52,106 nucleotides of DNA. It comes from Girardia tigrina. Lineage: Eukaryota. The notes under the pieces are model-generated. The model saw only the letters and a list, made by a program, of their open reading frames with translations, was not told the origin of the DNA and searched no databases. This document shows positions 12,984 to 26,328 of the stretch, piece after piece. The first letter of the stretch is position 1; every line of letters starts with the position of its first letter. The translations under genes and the position numbers were made by a program. The DNA lies in contig MQRK01220079.1 in NCBI GenBank assembly GCA_001938485.1, forward strand, positions 5,233 to 57,338, read 5' to 3'.

Positions 12984-14018
12984 TTAAAAAAAATTAAAAG
13001 GTAAAAACATATGAATAAAAATATTTTGGTTCTCGTCAATTTCATTTTTGTTTTTGTTGTGGATGTGGTTGACCTCCAGGTTTGTCTCTGCGTGAATTCT
13101 GTCTGTGAGTGCTGCTAGCTCTTCTCCGGAGTCTGTTGTTGCTGTTGCTAATTGGATTCTTACGTTGTCCGGTAACGATCTTAGAAAAAAAGTTTTTGTG
13201 AACTCTGAATTTTTTTCTATTTGATTAAGTTTTTGTTTCAGGCTTCTGTAAATTTTAGAGGGTTTCCGGTCACCTAAAGATGTATCTTCAATACAACTGT
13301 TTAGGATATTTCTGCTGGTGTTTGTAAATTTTTCATTTAGTGTTTTCCTTAAAAGGTCTAGAGGGTTCTTTGATTTTTTTAATTGTTCAATTTCGTTCGT
13401 TATTTCTTTAATTATTTTTACTGGTAACTTCATTATGATTGCACAGCTTATTTCCTGTTCTTCGTGGACGTTCTCTAAGTGTGCTAAATTGACTGCTGTG
13501 TTGAACCATGTAATGGGCGTGTTGTTGTCGTTATTGAAGTAATTTGGTATGTGTATATATTTATTGGTTCTTTGTGTAAATGTGTTTTCGTATGTTGAAT
13601 TGTTATTTGTGTCACTGTACATGTTGAATTTGTTTTGTGGTTTTGGTGTTTCTTGATTATTTGATTTATATGGGCTTGATTTTGTGTTTGTTGTATTTGT
13701 TTTTTTTGTATTTTCTTGACCTGAGCATTGTTTATTGTGTAATGAGATTGTAATTTGTTGTGGGTATAGTAAATGCGATATGTAATGATTGTGTATGAAT
13801 ATGTGTGTGATTGAGATCGTGCGTGGGTACAATTGTAACTTCTGACACCAACGTATTAAAATTTATATTATAACAAAACAGGGAGTAACGGAAGGTAAAA
13901 AGGAAGGTGAATACAATGAATCACAATATAACACGAAAAGAGTCGAGAAGAAGTATATACAATGAAATAAGAACAATGTAACTTATCAAATAATTGGGTC
14001 GTCAAATAACGGGTCGCA
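12984..14018 (-). mobile_element. 5' end of a Gypsy element: short LTR-like segment, tRNA-Leu PBS and truncated Gag (DUF7041-type)
   Basis: PBS TGGTGTCAGAAGT at 13850-13838 (complementary to the 3' end of tRNA-Leu). Gag motifs LGDRKPS...FFLRSLPDNVRIQLA...LAALTDRI. Putative LTR ~13854-14018 starts TGCGACCC. Confidence 0.8.
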
Positions 14019-15359
14019 AGTGTTCCAATCGTATTGCAATTTGAAATATTGATTGAGCTCGAGAGAGATTCTTCGAGTTAGAAACGGTTATCGGATTTTG
14101 TAGAATTGTTGTTATTGTTTTTGACGACTGTCGATGACGACGGATGAGGATGGGAATTATTAATTGAAGTTGAGATTCAGGTTTGAGATAGAGAAAATTG
14201 TTTTGAAATTATATTTGAATGATAATTGTTGAATGGTATTCTGGTGATTGATTGATAATNNNNNNNNNNNNNNNNNNNNNNNNNNNNNNNNNNNNNNNNN
14301 NNNNNNNNNNNNNNNNNNNNNNNNNNNNNNNNNNNNNNAAAATCTTCGAAAGGATATTTCCTTCTTTGTTTGCTTGAAAATTTTCGTGAACAAATCTCGT
14401 AAATTCGGTAATGACTTCGCCAATAATAAAATGTACAGATTAATATTCTATCAAATGCCAACAATACGTTTTTATGAAATATTAATGTCAATTTTATTTA
14501 TTGATTTAATTTTAAATTTTTAATTTCGTATTGCCATTGACGCTAACCTTGCTTTTATGAGGGGGCACTACATCCAATTAATCAGTAAGGACTTCCAACA
14601 TAAATATATAAATAATGAACACAAATTCTTTTATGAAAACTTTATTTTCAAATAATAAAAATTAACACGTAGAATAATAATAATAATTCAATTCTTTGAT
14701 AACAGAACACAAACACAAAACAATATTTCGTGCGACTTAACAGATTTCAGTAAAAAATGTGAATCTCCAAAACGAACGATGATTTTTTTCTATTTAAAAA
14801 CCTTGTTCTTCTATACGGGGTACTTATAGTTTTTTTTTAAATTTCAAAAATATAAAGTAAAAATTAATAATACTTTACTTGTGTACTATTGTAAAGAGCA
14901 ATTTTTTCTACTAAAGTTTTGTATAATTTTTTTGGACAAAGTAAAACTGAATTCCCTGTTGTTTATATAGTAGTTTATATAGTAGAAAATTGATCAAATA
15001 AAACAAATACTAAAATATTTATAATTTTTAATTCGAAATTTTGTTAAACTAAATATTATTTTATCTGAAATTAACAATTTTACTAAAGAATTATTTAAAA
15101 TTTTTTCCACATACAAATTTTATCAAAAATACTCATATGTAATTTCGAAACCCTGTCAAATCTTCCCATAATGGAAAGATATTATCCTCGATATTTGGCT
15201 TACAATGAAAGGCTTTTATCGGGTCTAGTGGGATAACATATTAATTATAACAACACCAATAAAGAAGAACGATATTTTATCAATGACCAGAATAAGAATA
15301 ATAATAGTAATAACAAATAATCACAACGACACTAATAAGGGTGTTCCGCCCGACCATCA

Positions 15360-16130
15360 GGTTACGCAGTGGATTATTTTGATTTTTCTGGCCCCTTTGA
15401 GGCATCCACTTTGAATCATTATAATATAGAGACTAAATCTCCAATTGATCGCTTCATCGAATTTAATGGCATTGAAATTGATAAAGAGCTCATCTATAGT
15501 TAATTTGATTTTTGGATTTAGTTCTTTAACTTGCGCATGAAATCATCTGTACAAAAAGAAGCGCCCCACAAGTGTTCGGAAAGAGCCAAGATCGCCACCG
15601 AGTCGTTACGTATCGCGCAGAAATCGCACTGGCAAATCAAATCGGAGTTGAGCTTAAATATTAGACATTTTTCCTTTTCATTTTGTTTTCCCAGGCTGGA
15701 AATTAGAAAATCATATTCTGATATTTCCATTTCTCCGTAATGTAACAATTGTTTGACATCTGTTTTAATCCCTTCATTCACTATTCCAGTCCATATTTCT
15801 GGTTTCCTTTTACCGTTCCACAAATTTTCAATAAATCGTAGGAGATAAAACAAACTCGTTTGATGGGAGATTTTTATTTGTGAATGATAAGTAATCTTGT
15901 AGACGTATTTTATCAATTTGACCAATTTTTACCGAAACATTATTGAATTTATCGTAAATCTTTCACGCATACAACAAGATCTTTGCTGTTCATCAGAATA
16001 TAATCCTGTTTGCATAACATCTAGATCTCTGAAGCAAAGTTTTACCCTTATTGAATATATATAGAATATTATACAAAAAAAGAGAAGAAATGATGTCGAA
16101 AACCTCACTCTTATTACTGGCTCGAACAAT
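15360..16130 (-). pseudogene. Frameshifted ORF, possibly a divergent ZCCHC14/Smaug-like gene (helical N-domain plus SAM-like C-part)
   Basis: Segments PVIRVRF, YHSQIKISHQ, DFMRKLK / KLTIDELF / SGCLKGARKIKI echo ZCCHC14 QRVEF, NHPAFSFHQ and SAM WLRKLR...LSMEKF...GAKKKL in the expected order. Similarity is weak. Confidence 0.35.
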
Positions 16131-17939
16131 GGAGATTATATTTCCCAATATCATCTGAAAATTTTGAAATGTTTTAATATGCTGGAAAATAATATCATTG
16201 TTGGGAACGTTCATAAAATAAAATTTTTGAATGTTATGAAATTATTAGATAAACAATTACATTCCATAAAATATTGTTATAAATATGTTAAAATAGATTT
16301 TCAGAAATNNNNNNNNNNNNNNNNNNNNNNNNNNNNNNNNNNNNNNNNNNNNNNNNNNNNNNNNNNNNNNNNNNNNNNNNNNNNNNNNNNNNNNNNNNNN
16401 NNNNNNNNNNNNNNNNNNNNNNNNNNNNNNNNNNNNNNNNNNNNNNNNNNNNNNNNNNNNNNNNNNNNNNNNNNNNNNNNNNNNNNNNNNNNNNNNNNNN
16501 NNNNNNNNNNNNNNNNNNNNNNNNNNNNNNNNNNNNNNNNNNNNNNNNNNNNNNNNNNNNNNNNNNNNNNNNNNNNNNNNNNNNNNNNNNNNNNNNNNNN
16601 NNNNNNNNNNNNNNNNNNNNNNNNNNNNNNNNNNNNNNNNNNNNNNNNNNNNNNNNNNNNNNNNNNNNNNNNNNNNNNNNNNNNNNNNNNNNNNNNNNNN
16701 NNNNNNNNNNNNNNNNNNNNNNNNNNNNNNNNNNNNNNNNNNNNNNNNNNNNNNNNNNNNNNNNNNNNNNNNNNAAAAAAAGAAAATACAAAAGTTCCTC
16801 AAAAAATATTTGTTTAAAAAATTCTAATTGTTATAGAAATAAATTTTGGTGTTCGTTATAATGTCTTGTGAGCAAGAATCCAATAATCATAATTAAATAT
16901 TAGTTTACAAAACCACTTGACCCAAGATTCAGTATCTAATTTTATTCGATCAATCTTAAATGATTCAAAGATGATATTTTTTGTCAGATAGCAATTAATG
17001 ATGAGAGAATCGAACAATCGAACAATCGTGCATCGTAACATCAAGATAGGTATTTACTGCAATACTTTTTAATTTCGTGTGCTGAACAGAAATTTCACAT
17101 AAAAATTCGGATTTGTTTCTTTTATACTTTCAATCACTTTTTCCTCATACATCATTCCACCGAGTCACTTATCAACGATATGGAATCGAATTATTCCGAT
17201 TAAAATATCCGTAAATCGATAAATAATTAGTTAATAATTATGAAATTATTAATTTACTCCGACTAATTCAACAAAAAACAAATTTTTCCAGAAAATGTTT
17301 TATTTTCAAAATTCTGATCGATTTAATTAATCAATTAAACAATTTTTCAAGGTCGAAAAAAGGTTTTACAATAATAAGTTTAAAAAACTCATTTTTTCAA
17401 AAATAATTTTTTCAACCATAAAAAACTTAAAACAAATTTTTGCATTCATATAACCATCATAATAAAATTTCAATGAATACGATTGTAAATTTGACGATGG
17501 AAAATTTTCGGGTTTCTTTTTTCAGTATTATTTGACTGGATTATGATTCTAATCGACCTATTTCAGATATCGAATTAATAAGGAATTTAATACTACATAT
17601 AATACTAAAACTCTATTGACTTAGTATAATATTATTATTCTTTGTAAATTATATATATTATATTACAACTCTATTGATTATATGTATATAATCAACAAAG
17701 TTGTAGTATATAATATAGTTTCAAAAATATATAAATGATGAAATATCTATATATTTTGTCACGATTTTCTTACAAAACTATTTACATAATACAACAACTT
17801 TCCAGTTACGTTAGCAAAGGTAACCAAAAGCCGATTACTTTAGCAACGGCAACAGTAAATCAAGTTGGTTGTAAACATGGTAACGGCTATCGTATTCATG
17901 GGAATCGTGACCCTTACCTAACTTCAGTGTAAAAAAGTG

Positions 17940-18610
17940 TCAATAGATAGTACATATTGTGTCGCACATGTTTAATGTGCTAGCACAGTGCTATCTAGGC
18001 TGCACATGTGCAAAAGTGCAAAAATCATCATAAAAATTTTTTACAGTTCCTAGTTTTAAAAATCGATATCATGTGTTTGATGCACATTTTGATTCTCTAT
18101 CTGAATGTGCAATTAGAATTTTCATATATTGATTACTTTTTCCTATAATAAAAATAATGTGCAAATTTACACAAAAAGCATATCGATTTTCGGCCTCAGC
18201 AAAGGCACAAGGAAGGAGAATATCAAAACTGTGCTGATGCACTTGAATAGAAACCCATATACGAAAATTCAGATTCCATATCAACATTTTAGAAAAAGTG
18301 ATTAGAAATCGATTTTTTAGAATATATGTGCAATATGAATGCTAAGTACATGCAATATGTATTGATATATACACATTCAATAGAACACATGTGTAAATGT
18401 GCGAAAATCAATAAATAATTATTAAAAATAATAAATGAATTAAATAAGTAAATAAATTATCATTCAAAAATCAATATCAAACATCAAATTTACCCTAGAA
18501 ACCATCGAAATTACAGAAAAAAAGTGCAAAAAGTACTAATCAATACTGCACATGTACAAGTGTGCAAAATCGATAAATTCAAAATTTTATAATTGTTCAA
18601 AGTGCAAATT
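17940..18610. repeat. Degenerate internally repetitive element (TGCACATGTGCA / AATCGAT motifs)
   Basis: CACATGT..AAA.GTGC.AAAATC recurs at ~18001, 18386 and 18548. Confidence 0.45.
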
Positions 18611-18700
18611 ATTTTGATTAATTCAACGTGTAATTAGAATTCTGATACATTTATTTTTTCCACTAATAAAGTTTAAAGTCACAATAATTTTTACAAAATA

Positions 18701-19965
18701 TATTTGTTGATGCAAAAGAAATGTCGTTTTTTTAACCGTTAACTTTAAATGAACATAACTTTCTCTTTATTAGTCAAAATAAAAACCATTACATTGAACA
18801 CACTGTTGCCAATGGGTAACAAGTTTTTTTATTCCACTTTCATAAAATTCTGGAGTTCTGGAGGCGATGAAGTAGTCCAAGGCTCTTTCAGCATCTCATT
18901 GGTTTCTGAAGAATTTTTCGTGAATGAACTGGCTGAAATGTTTGAAAAGATGATAGTCTGTAGGAGAAAGGTCTGGTGAGCACGGTGGATGAGGCACAGT
19001 TTCATAGCCCAGTTCGTTTAACTTCAGCATGGTTTTTCTTGCAACATGTGAACGAGCGTTGTCATGCAGAATAATTCACTTTTTTCTTTTGAATAATGCC
19101 AACCGTTTTTTTGCAGTTCTTGGTCCATTTTGTCAATTTGCTGGCAATACTTTGCCGCTGTAATTGTTTTGCCTTGTTTTAGGAAGCTGTAATGGATTAA
19201 ACCGTGTGCAGACCACCAAACAGTTACCATGACTTTTTTTTGGTGTAATTTTGACTTCGAGAAAGGCTTTGGAGCTTCATTGAAATCCAACCACTGAGCT
19301 GAACGTATAGGATTTATTTTTCATCGCACGTTACAATTCAATCCAGAAACGGGTCGCTTTGATCACGCAAAAGCAGAGAAGAACACACGTTAAAACGACG
19401 ATTTTTTGATTTTCGTTTAATTCATGTGGCACCTACTTGTCCAGCTTTTTCACTTTCCCAATTTTATTCAGATAGCGAACAACTGTTGATTGGTGAACGT
19501 TGAGTTCTTGAGCGACTTCCCGTGAATTTTTATGCGGGTCGGCATTGATTAAATTCTTCAAATGGTCGTCGTCAACTTGTGATGGTCGACTACCGTGTTC
19601 TTTATCTACAAGGCTCTCGTTACTACTACGAAACGTAGAAAACCAACGCTGTACTGTTCGTAAATTTGCTGTATGTTGTCCAAATACATTGTTAATTTTC
19701 CGAGCCGTTTCTGTCGCTTATCGACCTAGTTTGAAATCGTAGAATAAAATTGTTCTCATTTCCTTATTTTCTAACATTTCTAAAATAAAATAAATACACC
19801 TTAAATTAACAACAATAATGTCATACTTGGTACGAAAATATAAAGTAAAGTTTAAGCTTTAAAGTAAATTTAAATACGAATCTATTTATTAATGATTTTG
19901 TAAATATTTCAAACAATGAATATTAAATACCTTAAAAACGACATTTCTTTTGCATCAACTTAATA
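18701..19965 (-). mobile_element. Full-length decayed mariner (cecropia/Hsmar1-like), ~1.26 kb
   Basis: TIRs GTTGATGCAAAAGAAATGTCGTTTT at 18706 and reverse complement at 19935-19959, TA flanks. KLHQKKVMVTVWWSAHGLIHYSFL resembles Hsmar1/SETMAR transposase. Confidence 0.95.
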
Positions 19966-20284
19966 TTATAGACTTTAACAATTTAAGCTAAATAAATAAA
20001 CTATTTATAATTTATTAAATTAATTATTTATTTTAAATAATTAAATTTATAACTTACACATATTTTTATTTATCCCTTTTTGCAAATTTTTTAACATAAT
20101 TCTTTTCGAACATTAAATTATTTTAATATACTTATTTATTAAAAATTTATAATTAATTTTACAAAAAATGTAATCATAAAACTATGCATTTATTTCTATT
20201 TTTAAATTTTACTGATTAAAAAGTTTTACTTAAAATTTAAAATATATTAAATTAAATGTTAAATAAAATGTTAATTTAAAAAAT

Positions 20285-20782
20285 TTGAAAACTGCCTTTT
20301 CAACCAAAACAGGACAGTTCTGTTTTACGAGAATGCCTTTCGGCATAGCAGCGGCACCAGCAACGTTTCAAAAGTTGATGACAGATGTTTTGAGAGAGAT
20401 GTTATGGAAGGAGGTATTAGTTTACCTGGACGACATTTTAATATTTTCAGAAACAGAAGCACAACATTTAGACCGGCTAGACAAGCTATTTTGAAGATTC
20501 AAGCTGCAGGACTCAGAATAAACCACAAAGAAACCAATAACACCACAATTCCAAAACTGGATGAATTATTTAAGTAGCTTAGATATGGTTTTAGAGTACA
20601 GAAAAGGAATATTACATCAAAATGCAGATGCCTTGTCGAGAACAGATTGTATGACATGTGCGCCATGTTTTATTAAGCATGATGAAGCAAAATTGACCAA
20701 ATCTAGGACAAGAATGCTTGCAATAGATGAAAAGGAATCGCATATCCCTTGGCAACAAAGTAACGATGAAATCAACACCTGA
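20285..20782 (+). mobile_element. Gypsy pol fragment with internal deletion (RT joined to end of RNase H)
   Basis: KTAFSTKTGQFCFTRMPFG...YLDD, then directly TKKPITPQFQNW...YRKGILHQNADALSR. Same family as the 3.2-6.7 kb and 48.4-50.8 kb elements. Confidence 0.92.
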
Positions 20783-20843
20783 TCAAAGGAAGCATATCTG
20801 AGCGACTTAAAGAGGTAGTCGAGCACGAGAATGAATATTCAAA

Positions 20844-21400
20844 ATGCTTCAACCGCGCATCAAACTATTAGCTTGCACATTCCCTTCTTGCTTTAAAGAA
20901 TTTGTTGCACAGAAAAAAATCACAAGACACATTAACAATGTGCATCTCGCTACGGTGCCGATGACACAGAGAGGTGGTGATTCATTTATATGTCCCATGG
21001 AGAACTGCCACAAAAGTTATAAAACTAATGGATGGTTACAACGGCATTTATTAATTGATCATCGAATCCAAGGTAATGGTACTACGAACATCCAAGTAGT
21101 ACAAAGAGAAGAAACAGAAAGACGTACTGGACCTTTGAACTTGTACGCGAAACATGATATGTCACTGTCTGTCGGTGTAACTGATGAAAACTGTTAAAGT
21201 GTGGTGCTGAATTTTTGGTTGGATAATATAACGGATAATATAAGAGAATCTTTCATTGCCAATTTCCCCATTGCAGTCAAAAGTCTCCAGAATCACGGAA
21301 CGAAGGAACACGACTGGTCATTTCTCAGAAGGAAGCCGAAACGTGCCCATGAATTGAAAGCTCGCACTCTTGAATCTGAAAACATGTGAAAGGATAAGAA
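20844..21400 (+). mobile_element. C2H2 zinc-finger ORF, likely the 5' fragment of a site-specific (R2/NeSL/CRE-like) non-LTR retrotransposon
   Basis: CTFPSC...HINNVH and CPMENC...HLLIDH fingers plus a degenerate third (SLQNHGTKEH). Intronless, decays downstream, embedded among TE fragments. Confidence 0.5.
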
Positions 21401-21539
21401 AACTTTGTATTTGTCAAATAGTTCCTGTCCGATACAGAGTCTCTGATTCACTACCCTGTGCGTAATGCTGAGTATTATTTCTAATATACAGTTATCCATA
21501 ACAATCAGGGGAGGCTTAAAAAAAGATCAGAACAGTACA

Positions 21540-22195
21540 ATATTTAATTCTAAAGATTATTAGATAAATTTGATGGGCATTTCCTAAGTTTTAAAAGTAA
21601 TGAGAAAGAACTTTATGTATTTGAAGCTCCGTTTTTTAAACTAGAAACCGCACTTTTAAATTTGAAACTCGAGTTGCTTTATCTACATGAAAACGACAAA
21701 ATGAAGATGTTTTATCATGATAATAACCTCAATCACTTTGATAAATGGTTATTAATAAAAGACGAATATCCTGAGTTATTAAAACAGGCTTATAAAATGG
21801 CTTTATTTGAAGTACATATACGAATTATATAAGCAGTTAAATAAATCAAAATTGAGATCAAAAGTAACTGACAACCATTTGTTGACCATACTTATTAATA
21901 CAAAATCTTTTAAGCCAATTTACAAGAATATATATTACAGAAAAAAGTAGCTTCATAAATCCCACGATAGTAAAAATTGGTAAGCAAATGTTAATTTGTC
22001 ATATTGACCAGTATGATTTGTACAATTATGACTACAATTATTAATAAATAAAGGCATTATAAAGACTTATTTTTTTTTATTTATAAAAATTTATATTTTA
22101 TAATTTTTGTAATTTCTATTTTATAGTTTTGATATACAGTGCGGCCCACCAACCTATTTTTTAATTTTAAATATGACAAAGTTTGATAATACCTG
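21540..22195 (+). mobile_element. hAT (Charlie/SPIN/GTF2IRD2-like) transposase C-terminal fragment and right end
   Basis: LYVFEAPF, YPELLKQA, STY, KSKLRSKVTDNHL dimerisation-domain motifs. GCGGCCC subterminal motif and ...CCTG end. Confidence 0.8.
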
Positions 22196-22689
22196 ATCTT
22201 GAATGTATTCGATTCATTTGCTATGGAGTATTTCATTTGAATATCCAATGTGCAAAAGGTCCAAAATTAAACCATCCATTTCTTAGAAAATTTTAAAGTA
22301 AAAATTAAAAACACTGTATGATGATAACGACGTCAAGATTGACCAAAATAAAATTCGTCTTCCCCATACCACCCAATGACACTCATCTAACGCTTCAGTG
22401 CTTCAGCCACGTAACTGCGCACGCTTTGCTAATACCGCCACCACTATTGTTGACTGAAATTCTATCTAATCAATTCATTTTCATTAGAAAATGGCAATAA
22501 AACATTTAGAAAAAATATTGTAGATCAAAACAAAGCACAGTCTGTTAAGAGAGCTCACACATTTGACAGAACATTTATTGCATTCACAATTTTGATTATC
22601 TCTTTGACGATCAATAGTATTGCTCTCACTTAAATCCCTCACTCAATGTTTAATACTTCTCATTCCAATCTGATCTAACTTATTTTATG

Positions 22690-23015
22690 TTAATTTAATT
22701 ATTTGATGTTAAATATTTAATTTAAATTTTATTGGCTAAAATAAAATTATTTTTTATAATCATTTTTAAACATTAATTTGATTATAATTATTTAAAAATT
22801 TACAAAAATAAAATCAATAAAATTATTTAAAATTTACAATAATAAAAATTCAAAATTTGAATATTAAATCTAAATTTGAATAAATCAGTTTCAGATAATA
22901 AGAATTAAAATATTAATCATCCATCTGATTAGGAGAGGCACAATTATATATCAACATACAACATTTAAACCTGCAAACACTACACAAAACATCAACACAC
23001 CAAATATTCCTCACA
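22690..23015 (-). mobile_element. Truncated solo LTR, TGTGAGG family
   Basis: Aligns with 28820-29112, including CATCCATC...GGAGAG.CACAATT...ATATTCCTCACA. Confidence 0.75.
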
Positions 23016-23546
23016 CAGTCGAAACAAGCGGACAACGTGTATCTACCTTTTAGAACCTACAGTTTATCCGTATTTCGAACAATCCATTAAAGAAATATAC
23101 TCAAGCAAATTAAATCCATAAGAATATCTGATTATGACTAAGAAAAATTTTAATTTTGAATTAATTTGTGTGTTTTTAAACCAACTTTAAAAACGTCTTT
23201 ATTACATTCACAATCATTATATTGATGATCACATTAAAGTCTCTTACGAATTTCTTTTGTATTTTAAATCTCGAAAACATTTTTCATTCGATTTCGACAT
23301 CTTTTTGACTGGCACTCGTCTTTTGGATTTTGTTTCTCATTCCTGTACTTCGATTAAATAAGAGTTTCTCTTTGATAAAATTTATATCTTATACCTTTTA
23401 ACTTGTTTTACAAATCTAAATATTGAAGATAACATTTACAACAAAATCCCAAAACACTTTTTGTACAAATTCTTTCAAATTTAAAACGTTTTAAGTTATT
23501 TTAATAGTACTTGTGACAAGAACAATTATATATTTCATTCAATAGT

Positions 23547-24198
23547 TTAAAGGAACTTTTTGATGGTTTTCTCCACATTATTCTTCAGCAATTTCTCCAA
23601 ATATTTCCTTATTTTTCTTCTGAACACATTCGTATTGATGATGAAATTAAAGATCTTCACCATCGGTCGACTCATTCCAGTTAGAGTCACTTTAACGGCA
23701 CCAAATTTTGTTACCTTAAACGTTTTCAATATGATTTTTTTCGGTAATAACGTTTTGATTTTAACTTTAATTTCTATTTTCGAAAGATTAATTGTCATAA
23801 GTCGTTTCAGTTTCATAAAGATATTTGACATTTTGAATTGACAAGTTATGCTTAGATTTTTGGCTGTCAAACAACCCGAAGCAACTATGACATTGGTCCT
23901 AGTATTTTGTTTCCATTTAAAGGGGCACGACCGAGACAATTTTGTGATGTTTGTCAAGTAAATGTTCTCCAACTTTATATGCTTCAATTTGATATCTGGA
24001 ATTTTGTTTTTGCTAATTTTATTCACCGCTTTTCCCATCAAATAATCAATAATCTTTTCCACAAGAAGTTTAATTCCTGTCCAAAATTAATCCACATTTT
24101 ATTTTTATTTTTAAATGTTTCTTACTTTGTGTATTTAAGGCAGAAGAATGAGTTGCTGTGATCCACAAAGAGACAAGGAGCAAAAATTTTATTAACAT
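23547..24198 (-). CDS. Secreted, highly basic Grp7-allergen-like (TULIP/BPI-fold) protein, 200 aa, 2 exons (24198-24126, 24076-23547)
   Basis: Signal peptide MLIKFLLLVSLWITATHSSA. 49-bp GT-AG intron keeps frame. Pattern TNITKLSRS...alternating beta strands...FGAVKVTLTGM...long amphipathic C-terminal helix matches the group-7 allergen family. Confidence 0.75.
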
Positions 24199-24705
24199 TA
24201 TTAAATGTCGAGGATTTTAAAAACAGGAAATATATTTTTTTCTAGCAAAATACCAGTATAGAGGCAAGTGATTTATGAGACTATTTTACCATTTATTTAT
24301 ATAATAAATTAATATAATATTTAATCCAGCGCTTTTCCACCAAATATGCGCTGCTGAAAATATATTGTTTCCTTTTATTAGATTTTGCTACAGTAAATTT
24401 AAAATTATATAATTATATTATATAATTATATATCTGGTGTAAATCTGATGACAATGTCGATTGAAAAGACTTCCACAACACGCGGTACATATATTGAATG
24501 ATTTTATTGGACAAAAAGTGAATTAATTTAAAATACTAATTATTATCGCGGCCTTACTCTTCCTATTTTCGATGTTAATCAATGGGTTATAGTATCTCAT
24601 TAAGAAAGATTCAAAATATGATCTCTCATTAGGCGACTAAAAGTTAGTTTGAAGAACAAGAAACTCATCTTTTGAAATGACAGAGGTTCTATCCTTGCAA
24701 CAAAC

Positions 24706-25303
24706 CAGTGGCGGATTTAGCTATTGGACTAAGGGTGCAAACCGCCCCCAACGCCCATGTTGGATTATAAATGGCGCCCCCAAGATGACTTTTATAAATG
24801 TGTAGTTTTGTGNNNNNNNNNNNNNNNNNNNNNNNNNNNNNNNNNNNNNNNNNNNNNNNNNNNNNNNNNNNNNNNNNNNNNNNNNNNNNNNNNNNNNNNN
24901 NNNNNNNNNNNNNNNNNNNNNNNNNNNNNNNNNNNNNNNNNNNNNNNNNNNNNNNNNNNNNNNNNNNNNNNNNNNNNNNNNNNNNNNNNNNNNNNNNNNN
25001 NNNNNNNNNGAGTTTCATCCTTAACACTGACACAAGGTCTGTGATGCAGAAAAACTAAATGGATTGGTTTGGTATGTATTATTATCGTGTACACTGCAAA
25101 ATATTGTTGCTGATGCTTTGCTATTTGTAATATTACAATGTCGTGTTGTTAGACATAGATGATGCAGTAGTGCGTAAAAATCGTGTATATTATAGTATTT
25201 ACTCAATATTAAAATTAGTAGGGCTATTACTACCTTTATCCTTTTTGGCGCCCCCTGAAAGTTTTCTCGCCCCTCCACACACCAAAATCTAAATCCGCCA
25301 CTG
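24706..25303. mobile_element. hAT-type MITE
   Basis: 15-bp TIR CAGTGGCGGATTTAG / CTAAATCCGCCACTG with perfect 8-bp TSD CAACAAAC. Internal gap. Confidence 0.95.
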
Positions 25304-25772
25304 CAACAAACACAATGATCCGAAATCTTTCTCGATTGACTCACAGTGAATGTTCACTGTCCTTTCTGATTAATTGGAGTCAGATTAAAGATATAGAGAT
25401 TAAAGATCAAAGTTTAAAGAATAAAGAATAAAGAATAAAGAATAAAGATTTACGATTAAAAGATTAAAGATTTGTGTTTAAAAAGTAAATTTTTGATACT
25501 AATTATATTTACTTTTGTTCATGTGTCTAATAAACATTCATTCATGCTACATTGTATCCTTACCTTTACATTCAGTTGGTCATTTGATATAAATCAGGAT
25601 TGTCCATCTTGCGGACTACGACATCCCATACGATTAAAAAGATAAAGAAACATTTTATTGTAATTCATAAGTTATGATTATTTTTAGAACTATTTTTTGC
25701 ACAGCCCACAACAACTCATATTTTCCAAAGTGACTCAAAAGAGTCAAAAGGTTTAACACCGCCTATATAAAT

Positions 25773-26328
25773 TATTAAGAACACCAACATGGGTTTTCGA
25801 ACTTTTATTTTCAATACAATTAGAAATGTCTTTTGGACAACTCTCAGCAAAGCTTTCGTAATTCGACATCGTTCTAAATTGATAACTTTTAGTTTATGGT
25901 TTTTAATAAACAATTATTCGAATAAATTTTTCATTATTTTCAGATTTTATTTTTAAAGTTCAAATTTTGTAATGTTAGTAATAATTCTATCTAAATATTA
26001 ATTTTATTTTTTAATTTTAATTTTATTTTTTAATTAATTGATTTTATGTAAAGAAAGAACATTTATTTAATTTAAAACTTAGTTAAAGCTATTTACTTTA
26101 TTTAAATTTTTAATATTAAAATTCGAAACGATTTACTATTTTTAAAGTTTTTTACATATCTTATGCTGTACTTTAAAATACAAATTATACTCGAATAATT
26201 ATTTATCGTGAACATCAAAAATATCAATTTTCCATCTGGGTGGGAGAAACACATTTACAAATACTAAACTCAACATACAAAATTCAACAAACCAATTTCA
26301 ACATACCAAATTTAAAATATTCCTCACA
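25773..26328 (-). mobile_element. Complete solo LTR (556 bp), TGTGAGG...CTTAATA
   Basis: Near-identical to the 3' LTR at 47488-48381. 5-bp TSD TAAAT/TAAAT. Confidence 0.9.

Noticed and set aside
24440-24480. CTGATGA...GAAA hammerhead-like string
   Set aside because: Stem II closing pair is C/T, and no stem I or stem III partner was found.
25035-25047. AGGTCTGTGATGC match to 18S rRNA inside the hAT MITE
   Set aside because: Only 13 bp and flanks do not match, so chance.
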